From the NCBI GenBank assembly GCA_041946805.1, contig JBHGBC010000114.1, positions 1 to 19,250 on the forward strand: a stretch of 19,250 nt of DNA, written 5' to 3'. A program made the translations under genes and the position numbers. The DNA is from a bacterium. GTDB taxonomy: Bacteria > Hinthialibacterota > Hinthialibacteria > Hinthialibacterales > Hinthialibacteraceae. A model generated the notes under the pieces. That model was not told the origin of the DNA. It saw only the letters and a program-made list of their open reading frames with translations, and made no database searches. This document shows, in pieces, positions 1 to 7,971 of the stretch (the first letter of the stretch is position 1; each line of letters opens with the position of its first letter).

Positions 1-570
1 CGCGAAGTGCTGTGGACCGGATTGATCTACACGGCCGGCCGGATGCTGGCCTACGTGGCGTTGGGCGTCTTGTTGGTCACCAGCCTGTTGTCGATTCCCT
101 ATGTTTCACAATGGCTGCAGAAGTATATGAATCAACTGCTCGGCCCCATCCTGATTGTGGCGGGAATGTTGCTGCTGGATTTGATCCGAATCCGCGTTCC
201 GGGAATCTCTTTCGGTGAAGAACTGCAAGAAAAGGCAGGGAGGGGAGGAATATGGGGCGCGGGGCTGTTGGGAATCCTCTTCGCGCTGTCGTTTTGTCCC
301 GTGTCGGCCGCGTTGTTCTTCGGCAGCTTGATTCCCTTGGCCATCCGGTATGAATCAAAAATTCTTTTGCCTGCCCTGTACGGAGTGGGTACGGCGTTGC
401 CCGTTTTGGGATTCGCGGTTCTGATCGCGCTCGGCGCGGGATTGCTCAGCCGGGCCTTCAACTGGATCACGCAACTGGAACAGTGGGCGCGTTGGATCAC
501 CGGCGGGGTATTCATCATGGCGGGGATATACAATACATTGATCCATGTCTTTCAAATCCAGTTCTCATAA
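1..570 (+). CDS. ArsG-family (organoarsenical efflux) / DsbD-CcdA-like membrane permease, 5' partial
   Basis: Reading frame is open from base 1. Multi-TM hydrophobic protein with 'YTAGRMLAY', 'GILFALSFCPVSAALFFGSLIP' and 'LYGVGTALPV' segments. Lies directly upstream of arsC-arsM-acr3. Confidence 0.7.
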   Translation, partial: REVLWTGLIYTAGRMLAYVALGVLLVTSLLSIPYVSQWLQKYMNQLLGPILIVAGMLLLDLIRIRVPGISFGEELQEKAGRGGIWGAGLLGILFALSFCPVSAALFFGSLIPLAIRYESKILLPALYGVGTALPVLGFAVLIALGAGLLSRAFNWITQLEQWARWITGGVFIMAGIYNTLIHVFQIQFS

Positions 571-591
571 GCAGATAAGTGATAAAGTGCC

Positions 592-1029
592 ATGTCTAAA
601 TTGAAAATCCTCTTCCTCTGCACGGGCAACTCCTGCCGCAGCCAAATGGCCGAAGGCTGGGCGCGGCAACTGAAGGGAGACATGATCGAAGCCTATTCCG
701 CCGGCATCGAGGCATGCGGCCTCAATCCCAAGGCGGTCAAAGTGATGGCCGAGGCGGGCGTGGATATCTCTCAACAAGAATCCAAAACGGTTTTGGATTT
801 GCAGGAGAAAGATTTTGATTATGTCATCACCGTTTGCGGACAAGCGGATGAGAACTGCCCGGTCTTCCCCGGCCGTACCCGGGTGATCCATCATGGCTTC
901 GACGATCCGCCCCGGCTGGCCTTGGGCGCCAAGACGGAGGAAGAAGCCTTGAAAATTTACCGCCGAGTACGGGATGAAATCCGTGATTTTGCCGTCAGCT
1001 TACCGGATTCACTTAAAAACGAAACCTGA
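592..1029 (+). CDS. arsC: Arsenate reductase, thioredoxin-coupled (LMW-PTP fold)
   Basis: P-loop CTGNSCRSQMAE, redox pair in 'TVCGQADENCPVFP', 'FDDP' motif, ars gene context. Confidence 0.93.
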   Translation: MSKLKILFLCTGNSCRSQMAEGWARQLKGDMIEAYSAGIEACGLNPKAVKVMAEAGVDISQQESKTVLDLQEKDFDYVITVCGQADENCPVFPGRTRVIHHGFDDPPRLALGAKTEEEALKIYRRVRDEIRDFAVSLPDSLKNET

Positions 1030-1050
1030 ATTGAATGAAGGGAAAAACGT

Positions 1051-1905
1051 ATGAGCGCGAATAATCCGAATGTCACACCCGAGGACATCCGCCTGAAAGT
1101 ATTGGAAGGCTATTCGGCCATCGCCCAGTCCGGCGGCTCGTGTTGCGGGCCGTCCTCCTGTTGCGGGGCGGACACCGGCGAAGCCGCCACGCGTCTCGCC
1201 CAGAGCGTCGGCTACGACTTGGACGAACTGGCCGTGCTGCCGGAAGGGGCCAACATGGGTCTTTCTTGCGGCAATCCCGTGGCCTTGGCTTCGCTGCGTC
1301 CCGGTGAGGTGGTGGTGGACCTGGGCAGCGGCGGCGGTTTCGATGTGTTCATCGCCGGGCGCAAGGTAGGGCCGGCGGGCCGGGCCATCGGCGTGGATAT
1401 GACGCCGGACATGCTGGCCAAGGCGCGCCGCAACATCGCCGCGTACCGCCAAAGCACCGGGCTGGACAATGTCGAGTTCCGCCTGGGAGAGATCGAGCAT
1501 CTGCCCCTGGCGGACCGCTATGTGGATGTGGTGATTTCCAACTGCGTCATCAATCTCTCGCCGGACAAGCAAGCCGTCTGGAACGAAATCGCACGGATCC
1601 TCAAATCCGGGGGCCGGGTGGCGGTCTCGGACCTTGCGTTATTGCAACCTTTGCCCCCGACGGTGATGGAGATGGTGGAAGCCCTGGTGGGCTGCGTCGC
1701 GGGCGCGGTGTTGGTCAGCGAAACCGAACTCCTGGCGAAGCGGGCGGGACTGGTGGACATCCAACTGGAATCCAAGTCCGATTACATCGACGCCATGACC
1801 ACAGTGCATGATCCCCTCTACCAAAAAATCGCGGAGCATCTCCCGGCTGGCGTGAAAATCTCCGACTACATCACCAGCTTGTCCGTATCGGCGCGGAAAC
1901 CCTGA
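1051..1905 (+). CDS. arsM: Arsenite S-adenosylmethionine methyltransferase
   Basis: N-terminal CC pairs, 'GLSCGNP', SAM motif 'VDLGSGGGFD', 'ISNCVINLSPDK', 'GCVAGA'. Confidence 0.93.
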   Translation: MSANNPNVTPEDIRLKVLEGYSAIAQSGGSCCGPSSCCGADTGEAATRLAQSVGYDLDELAVLPEGANMGLSCGNPVALASLRPGEVVVDLGSGGGFDVFIAGRKVGPAGRAIGVDMTPDMLAKARRNIAAYRQSTGLDNVEFRLGEIEHLPLADRYVDVVISNCVINLSPDKQAVWNEIARILKSGGRVAVSDLALLQPLPPTVMEMVEALVGCVAGAVLVSETELLAKRAGLVDIQLESKSDYIDAMTTVHDPLYQKIAEHLPAGVKISDYITSLSVSARKP

Positions 1906-1944
1906 ATCGGTTCATTACACAACTTGTAAAAAGGATTTTCACCC

Positions 1945-3006
1945 ATGAATGAGCAATCCAATCCCGCCACCGGACTTTCATTTCTGGACCGTTTTTTGAC
2001 CGTATGGATTTTTGGGGCCATGGCGCTGGGCGCCGGCATCGGTTACCTGACGCCTTCGGTGTCCCAGTGGATCGCGAACCTGCAAATCGGCACCACCTCC
2101 GTGCCCATCGCGGTGGGACTGATTTTGATGATGTATCCGCCCTTGGCCAAGGTACGGTATGAGGAAAGTGGTCTGATCTTTGAAAACAAAAAACTCCTGG
2201 GGCTGTCCCTGTTGATGAATTGGGTGATCGGCCCGGTGGTCATGACCGCGCTGGCCATCCTCTTTCTGCACGACTACCCGGGCTACATGATCGGCGTGAT
2301 CCTCGTGGGCCTGGCCCGCTGCATCGCCATGGTCATCGTCTGGAACGAACTGGCCGGCGGCGACCGTGAACTGGCCGTGGGCCTGGTGGCGTTCAACGCA
2401 GTGTTCCAGGTGTTGTTTTATGCCGTGTATATCTACCTGTTTGTCACCGTGTTGCTGAACAGCCTGGGATTGATCGAGGGGATGAACATCCAGGTCTCCA
2501 TCGCCGGCGCCGCCCAGACGGTTTTCATTTATCTCGGTATCCCCTTTCTGGCTGGATTGATTACCCGTTTCACCTTGTTAAGAATGAAGGGGCGGGAATG
2601 GTATGAATCGGTGTTTGTCCCCCGGATCAGCCCCATCACCCTGGTGGCGCTGCTGTTCACCATCGTGGTGATGTTTTCTCTGAAGGGGCAATACATTATC
2701 GAACTGCCTTGGGATGTCGTCCGCATCGCGATTCCCTTGACGATTTATTTCTTCCTGATGTGGTTCGCGGCCTTTTTCATCACCTCCAAGATGGGCGTGA
2801 ATTACGAAAAGGCCACCGCGGTTTCCTTCACGGCCGCCAGCAATGATTTCGAACTGGCCATCGCGGCCGCCGTGGCCATCTTCGGCATCAGCTCGGACCA
2901 GGCCTTCGCCACCGTGATCGGCCCATTGCTCGAAGTGCCGATCCTCATCGGCCTGGTGAACGTCGCCTGGAGATTCAAAACCTCCCTCTTCCGGGTGAAT
3001 CCATAA
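1945..3006 (+). CDS. acr3: ACR3-family arsenite efflux transporter
   Basis: '[12 protein letters not shown]', '[13 protein letters not shown]', 'GLARCIAMV', '[10 protein letters not shown]', 'VIGPLLEVP'; about 10 TM segments. Confidence 0.95.
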   Translation: MNEQSNPATGLSFLDRFLTVWIFGAMALGAGIGYLTPSVSQWIANLQIGTTSVPIAVGLILMMYPPLAKVRYEESGLIFENKKLLGLSLLMNWVIGPVVMTALAILFLHDYPGYMIGVILVGLARCIAMVIVWNELAGGDRELAVGLVAFNAVFQVLFYAVYIYLFVTVLLNSLGLIEGMNIQVSIAGAAQTVFIYLGIPFLAGLITRFTLLRMKGREWYESVFVPRISPITLVALLFTIVVMFSLKGQYIIELPWDVVRIAIPLTIYFFLMWFAAFFITSKMGVNYEKATAVSFTAASNDFELAIAAAVAIFGISSDQAFATVIGPLLEVPILIGLVNVAWRFKTSLFRVNP

Positions 3007-3254
3007 ACACACCACGTTAAGACCAGCCATTTGGTTGGATTATTTAGAATATTCTATTTTTTTCGAAGATATAGAATTTATTTTTTTTATTATCTTTCGA
3101 CTAATTTTAATTATTTTGGAGTGCATGTATCATAGGGTAAGAAAGGGATTTACGATTTTCCAAACTCCCTGTTGGTTCATCCGCCTAGTGAGTATTTTTT
3201 TCAGATGCCCGGCCGGCATCCCATCGAGTGGATCGATGAGAACCACACCAAGTC

Positions 3255-3283
3255 CCCTCTCCCCCGGGGAAGGTAAGGGTGGG
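3255..3283 (-). repeat. Degenerate family-A palindromic repeat (CCCTCACCC...CCCTCTCCC-nnn-GGGAGAGGG)
   Basis: ccctctcccccggggaaggtaagggtggg, just 3' of the tyrS stop codon. Confidence 0.55.
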
Positions 3284-3297
3284 AAAATCTTTATGCT

Positions 3298-4440
3298 TTA
3301 CCGCAGTTTGACGGTCTTCATGGCCTCGCGCAGCATTTCGAGGCTCTTGCGGGCCGGGGCTTGGGCAAAGATTTCCCGCACGGGCGTCAGCAGGTCGGCG
3401 ATGCTCTTGGCCACCGCCGCTTTCAGGTCGGAGGGATGCAGCGCCTTGGCGCCGAAGTCCCGGGTGAGGTCCGCCAGGGTGGCGTAGGAGATGTCCCCGC
3501 CGTGTTCAGCCTTGCGCTCGACGCGCAGCGGTCCCCGGTTCAGCGCGAAGATCAGGTGCCGCGCCCAATCCAACACCGGATTGAAATCGACTTCGCCTTC
3601 CGGGCAAAAAGCCTTGTTGATTTTCCGGATGATTTCCTTGGGCTCGTCGGTGATGAACACGGCCGTGTCGGGCTTGGATTTGCTCATTTTCATGGCCATC
3701 CACACTTCCTGCAGGCGTTCGGGGTCGATGGGCCACATGGGCGGTTTGCCCAGGCCGCTGAGCAGGTGGTGGTGCACCGCCACCGGCGCGATGGGATTGC
3801 CTTGGGGATCACGCAGAGGGTTGGTTTTCATGGCGTTGGCCACATCCAGGGCCACCACGTGCGCCTTGCGCTGGTCTTGCCCGGCGTGCGCCAGGTTCAC
3901 TCCCAGGGCGTAGATGTCGGCCACCTGCATGGGGGGATATATCAGTTTGGCGAAATCGACCGCTTCGCCTTCCGAGCGGCCCAGGATCGTGATGGAGCGC
4001 AGGATGCGTTTCAGGGTGGTGTTCTTGCACACCTCGATGAAGGTTGTCCAGTAATCAGGCTTGCCGTGGTACAGATCCGTGCCCAGCACGACGTTCAGTT
4101 TCTCGGGAGCGCCCCCTGCCGCCTTCAGGCAGCTTTTCAGCCCCTCGGCGAAATAGCCGTGGGCGATCGAGCGGATCAAATCGATATCCCCGCCCAGCTT
4201 GTCGTTGATCCAGCTGTGCCAATCCGCCAGGAACAGGGTGCACTCGACCCCCGCCCGCTGAAAATCGGCCACCTTGGCCATGCACTGGATTCCCGTTCCC
4301 AGGTGGATTTCGCCCGAAATCTCGAAGCCGATGTAGTGGCGCAGGGGGATATCGTTCTGCAGGTACTCCCGCAGCCGATCCTCTGTCAACACTTCTTGGG
4401 CATTGGCGGTGATCAGTCGGAAGCGTTCGTCGATGTTCAT
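3298..4440 (-). CDS. tyrS: Tyrosine--tRNA ligase, archaeal type (Thermococcales/crenarchaeal-like, no S4 domain)
   Basis: Class Ic motifs 'HYIGFEISGEIHLGTG' (HIGH-like), 'LADWHSWINDKLGGD', 'DFAKLIYPPMQVADI', 'HAGQDQRKAH', 'KMSKSKP', 'KAFCP', 'LHPSDLK'. 380 aa, ending 'VKLR' with no bacterial C-terminal S4-like domain. Adjacent to tRNA-Tyr. Confidence 0.95.
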   Translation of the reverse strand: MNIDERFRLITANAQEVLTEDRLREYLQNDIPLRHYIGFEISGEIHLGTGIQCMAKVADFQRAGVECTLFLADWHSWINDKLGGDIDLIRSIAHGYFAEGLKSCLKAAGGAPEKLNVVLGTDLYHGKPDYWTTFIEVCKNTTLKRILRSITILGRSEGEAVDFAKLIYPPMQVADIYALGVNLAHAGQDQRKAHVVALDVANAMKTNPLRDPQGNPIAPVAVHHHLLSGLGKPPMWPIDPERLQEVWMAMKMSKSKPDTAVFITDEPKEIIRKINKAFCPEGEVDFNPVLDWARHLIFALNRGPLRVERKAEHGGDISYATLADLTRDFGAKALHPSDLKAAVAKSIADLLTPVREIFAQAPARKSLEMLREAMKTVKLR

Positions 4441-4498
4441 GGGTTACACAGCGCAGGAAAATTGGAGATTTCGTATGCAAATAACTCTAAAAATTAAA

Positions 4499-4581
4499 TC
4501 CAGGGGGAAGGATTCGAACCTTCGTAGGCTTGCGCCGGCAGGTTTACAGCCTGCTCCCTTTGGCCACTCGGGCACCCCTGG
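4499..4581 (-). tRNA. tRNA-Tyr (GTA), long variable arm, C1:G72, A73, CCA not encoded
   Basis: Minus strand reads CCAGGGG TG CCC-GAGTGGCCAAA-GGG A GCAGG-CTGTAAA-CCTGC C GGC-GCAA-GCC TAC GAAGG-TTCGAAT-CCTTC CCCCTGG A. All stems pair perfectly; 83 nt. Confidence 0.97.
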
Positions 4582-4667
4582 ATCGTATTATCGGTTTTGC
4601 ACAAAAATGGGAGATTCGCGTTTCCGCCCCCTCCCGGATACGGGTCCACCTTCGCGGGCCACGAAGG

Positions 4668-4698
4668 ATTATTTTGGTTGGCTTCGCCGGATTGTCAA
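4668..4698 (-). promoter_or_regulatory. Candidate sigma70 promoter for the tRNA-Tyr-tyrS unit
   Basis: Perfect TTGACA (4698-4693, minus strand), followed after 16-19 nt by the AT-rich CAAAATAAT. Lies about 90-115 nt upstream of the tRNA. The -10 box is imperfect. Confidence 0.4.
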
Positions 4699-4767
4699 GG
4701 AGCGGAAAACGGGAAAGCCGGGGACGGCTCCGAACCGGAAAAGAACCATCATCCGTGAAATATCCAC

Positions 4768-6210
4768 CTATCCTCCCGGTTTGGCCAGCCGAATGACCGA
4801 AAACGTCCCGCTCTCCCAACGAAGAATCAGATCCGGCACTCCAGGCCAGGGTCCCCCGCCGCTCCACACGCGTTCCGGAGGAGCATAAGCCAGGGCGTAG
4901 AGATAACGGATCGAATTGGGGATCTTCGCTTCGAGCGGCAAGTTCAGCCCCGTCACCGCCACGGACTGGACGTCGGGAAGATTCAGTTTCCGCAACTCCG
5001 AAACCACCAGCCGGTACAGCGCGTCATCCTTCTGAAAATAGCGGATTTCCGGATGACAGGCGTAGAGACTCACGTTGAACAGGCAAAAACCTGTCACTGC
5101 GGCGATGGCGGCTCTGCGAGCGTTTCTGGAGGCCTCCCCGACCTTCTCTATCAAACCAGCAGTCAACAATGCCCAGCCCATCCCGGCGAGGCAGGTGTAA
5201 CGGCTGGGGTAATAGCCGGGCGTGTCGATTCCCACATAGGGAACCAAGGCCAGGAGCATCCAGGCGAGAGGCAGGATCAGCTGGTACCGGCGCGCGGCCA
5301 CAACGTAAATCGAAAGACCGCCGGTGAGCGCCAGCGCCGCGAGGGCCCATCCCAACGGGGGATTGGTGATCCAGGGGAAAAAAAGCCGGATCAGAAAAGC
5401 CCCTGCGTTGTGCGGCACATGCGTCCCCCATAAGGAAAAGACGCCGCTTTGCACCGCCGCTCCCCCCGCCGCCAGATATCCCCGCCAGGCCAATGAAAGA
5501 ATCCAGGGAATCCCCAGCGCCAGCCATAAAACGAACGATGCCGCGTATCCACTCTGTTCTTCTCTCTCCATTGTAGTAATACCCTCTCCCATTGGGAGAG
5601 GATTAGGGTGAGGGTGAGGGAAATCTCTTGGCCAAGCATAGCGTTGATGAAGCCAAATCCCTGCCGCGATAGGCAATAACACCACCGCGTTTTCCTTGGC
5701 CAGCAGGGCCAAAATATGGGCGATAACGGCCATGGATCCCCAAAACCGCGGCGATCGCTCATCCGCACGGATCAAGACCAATCCCATGATCGCTCCCCCA
5801 AATCCCACCCACAACTCGGACGACGCGCAGATCCAGAACACGGCTTCCCAATGGCTGTATGTCGAAGCGAACAGCGCCGCCGCGATCCGCGCCGCGCGAG
5901 GAGACCGCAGCAATCGAAGCGCGAGAGGAAAAAAAACCGCCACGGTGAAGAGATACAAGAGGCCATGCGCCAGGCGGTACCCCAGCGGATTCGAACCAAA
6001 CAGCCGTGTCTCCATCCAAAAGACGGCGAGATGAAATGGCCGCCAGATGCCCATCTCCCACACATCGAACCAATGAACCGGGGAAGGATGATCGTACCGC
6101 AGCCAGGCCAACAGCCCAAAATCATCCGCATGAAAATATCCCGGCAAACAAAGCCCGGCCACCAGGCCCGCAAGGCAAAGGGGTATGCGAAAAAACCTGT
6201 CGATTTTCAA
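4768..6210 (-). CDS. GT-C-type (PMT/TMTC-like) polytopic membrane glycosyltransferase, putative
   Basis: 'HADDF' acidic motif after TM1, 'WRP', 'NPLGYRLAH', 'SHWEAVFWI', 'LLAKENAV', 'RY'; many TM helices. TTG start is uncertain. Confidence 0.65.
   Translation of the reverse strand: MKIDRFFRIPLCLAGLVAGLCLPGYFHADDFGLLAWLRYDHPSPVHWFDVWEMGIWRPFHLAVFWMETRLFGSNPLGYRLAHGLLYLFTVAVFFPLALRLLRSPRAARIAAALFASTYSHWEAVFWICASSELWVGFGGAIMGLVLIRADERSPRFWGSMAVIAHILALLAKENAVVLLPIAAGIWLHQRYAWPRDFPHPHPNPLPMGEGITTMEREEQSGYAASFVLWLALGIPWILSLAWRGYLAAGGAAVQSGVFSLWGTHVPHNAGAFLIRLFFPWITNPPLGWALAALALTGGLSIYVVAARRYQLILPLAWMLLALVPYVGIDTPGYYPSRYTCLAGMGWALLTAGLIEKVGEASRNARRAAIAAVTGFCLFNVSLYACHPEIRYFQKDDALYRLVVSELRKLNLPDVQSVAVTGLNLPLEAKIPNSIRYLYALAYAPPERVWSGGGPWPGVPDLILRWESGTFSVIRLAKPGG
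5582..5620 (-). repeat. Family-A palindromic repeat embedded in frame in the CDS
   Basis: Minus strand ccctcaccctcaccctaatcctctcccaatgggagaggg, translated as PHPHPNPLPMGEG. Matches intergenic copies at 17531 and 19199. Confidence 0.85.
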
Positions 6211-6327
6211 AATGGTTCATCCCGATGGTTGATTTCCTCAAATATACACATTTCGGAAAAGGGAAGGAATTGGATTAAAAAATCGTAGTAGACGTAGATT
6301 ATTCTTCATGCGCGGCGTAGACCACCC

Positions 6328-6357
6328 TGATCCCCGGTCCACTTGCGCGGGGATGTC
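6328..6357 (-). repeat. Degenerate family-B palindrome (GTCATNCCCGCG...GGGGATC)
   Basis: Minus strand gacatccccgcgcaagtggaccggggatca, similar to 9691-9716 and 13611-13636. Confidence 0.45.
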
Positions 6358-6414
6358 GTACAGAAACTGCGCAGGCGCAAACAACCATTCCGATGTGATC
6401 GACGATGACATCGC

Positions 6415-7971
6415 TCAATCAAAAAACGGCCATTCGGTCACAACCCAATGGTTGCGCAGGAGTTGGAAGAACAAGTACAGCAGGGAGAAAACCGCGCATT
6501 GATACAGAACATACTCCACGGCCTTCCGGGGCAGGGGAAGACGGAAGATGACCTGCAGCATCAGGATGAGGGCTGGTATGGTCAGTCCCGTAAAGAGATC
6601 CCAGTCCGCCGGATAGGGCCGGTCCGGACGCCAGACGAGCGAATAGACGAAGTAAAATCCCGCCAGCAATCCGATCCAGGTCTGCGCGGGATGCCACTCC
6701 CGGACGCAGGGCAGTGCGGGCAGCAGAGTCAGAAACAGCAGCATCCCTGCAGGCATCATGTAGAAATATTCATTCAACTGGGTGATGTAATAATCGGCCG
6801 ACAGGAAGGTGGCCAGCGAGTGAAACATGGCCCGGTCAGTGCCGGTCAGCATCACTTCGTCCCCCCAGAAATGGTCCCACATCGCCCAGGGATCGCCTCC
6901 ATAGCCGTAAATCAGCAAAAACATCCAGAAGGGAATGACGAAACCATAGAACGCGGCCAGGGATTTCAGCAGTTCCGTGAAGGGATTCCGGTCCGCGGGA
7001 GCGATTTGGTTCCGGAGAAACGGCAACGCCAAAAAGGCGGGAATCCACCACCCGGAGGAAAGATGGAGGCTAAACAGCGCGCCGAACATTGTACCGGGGA
7101 TCCAGATCGAACACTCTCCCCGGAGATACAACACCCCGGCCCAGAGAAAGAACGCCAGGCCGGTCAGCAGCAGGGCGTAGATTTCGATGTTGCCCGTGAA
7201 CACCTGGGTATAGCCGCAGCAACTGATCAACAGAACGATGGCGGTCCCCACTTCGCCCGGCGCGAACAGCAGCCGGAACACGCGCGCCATGATCCAGGTC
7301 GTGATCACTCCGCAGACGATGGTGATCAGGGAGATGCTGATCAACGCCTCCCAGCGGAATGCTTCCTTCCCGCTCCACACGCCCAGGCGGTAGATCAGGG
7401 TGGCGAGCGGCTCGCGCAGGTAGCGGGTCCAATTATGGGGAACCACGCTGTGCTTGAGCCAGTCGTAGCCGTCCGGGGAAATGTTCTGGCTGCGGATCAC
7501 CCAAAGGCATACAGCGGCCGCCAGGCCGGTCACCCATACCTGGCGTCCGAAAAAGCCCCGTTCTTCCAGAAAATGAAACGCGCCTCGCGCCCCATTCCAC
7601 ACCTTGGGAAATACCAGGGGATGAATGAGCAGCAAGCCCAGTTGGTACCATACGATCCGCCAGGCCACGGGAACCAGGCGGATCATGGAGAATCCCCACA
7701 GGTCGCGGGTCATTTCGTTGATCAGACCAAAGCCGTACAGCAATGCCGAAAGTCCGCAGGGGATGAAAATCAGCCGGGTTTGATACGTTTCGAGATATTC
7801 CTGCTGCCGGGACAGGGTCAAGGCGGCGAGCACCAGCCAGAAGGGATAGATCACCGGCGGCGTGGCTCCCTCCCGCCCAAGCCCACCGGGAATCAGGAAA
7901 GCCAATTGCATCCCCAGAAAAATCGCGTGACAGGATAAGTCGAGGATGAGGGGGGACCGGGTCGGATTCAT
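6415..7971 (-). CDS. Polytopic membrane protein, possibly GT-C fold
   Basis: 518 aa, many TM helices, acidic loop 'SPDGYDW...REPL', 'NIEIYA'. Start overlaps the fmt stop (ATGA at 7971-7968). Confidence 0.7.
   Translation of the reverse strand: MNPTRSPLILDLSCHAIFLGMQLAFLIPGGLGREGATPPVIYPFWLVLAALTLSRQQEYLETYQTRLIFIPCGLSALLYGFGLINEMTRDLWGFSMIRLVPVAWRIVWYQLGLLLIHPLVFPKVWNGARGAFHFLEERGFFGRQVWVTGLAAAVCLWVIRSQNISPDGYDWLKHSVVPHNWTRYLREPLATLIYRLGVWSGKEAFRWEALISISLITIVCGVITTWIMARVFRLLFAPGEVGTAIVLLISCCGYTQVFTGNIEIYALLLTGLAFFLWAGVLYLRGECSIWIPGTMFGALFSLHLSSGWWIPAFLALPFLRNQIAPADRNPFTELLKSLAAFYGFVIPFWMFLLIYGYGGDPWAMWDHFWGDEVMLTGTDRAMFHSLATFLSADYYITQLNEYFYMMPAGMLLFLTLLPALPCVREWHPAQTWIGLLAGFYFVYSLVWRPDRPYPADWDLFTGLTIPALILMLQVIFRLPLPRKAVEYVLYQCAVFSLLYLFFQLLRNHWVVTEWPFFD

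Noticed and set aside
3035..3487. 150-aa ORF starting in the AT-rich tract
   Set aside because: Runs through low-complexity DNA, a repeat and the tyrS antisense strand; no coding signal.
3361..4497. 378-aa plus-strand ORF antisense to tyrS
   Set aside because: Shadow ORF arising from the GC3 bias of the real gene; no recognisable motifs.
4499..4581. Suppressor, Sec or Pyl tRNA, or an integration-site (att) duplication
   Set aside because: The anticodon is a normal GTA with a 7-bp acceptor stem. I saw no integrase and no duplicated tRNA 3' end in the window.
4403..4888. ORFs spanning the tRNA region
   Set aside because: They overlap the tRNA-Tyr gene and are spurious translations.
6448..7938. 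496-aa plus-strand ORF
   Set aside because: Antisense mirror of the membrane protein gene, with the Q/H/D-rich composition typical of shadow frames.
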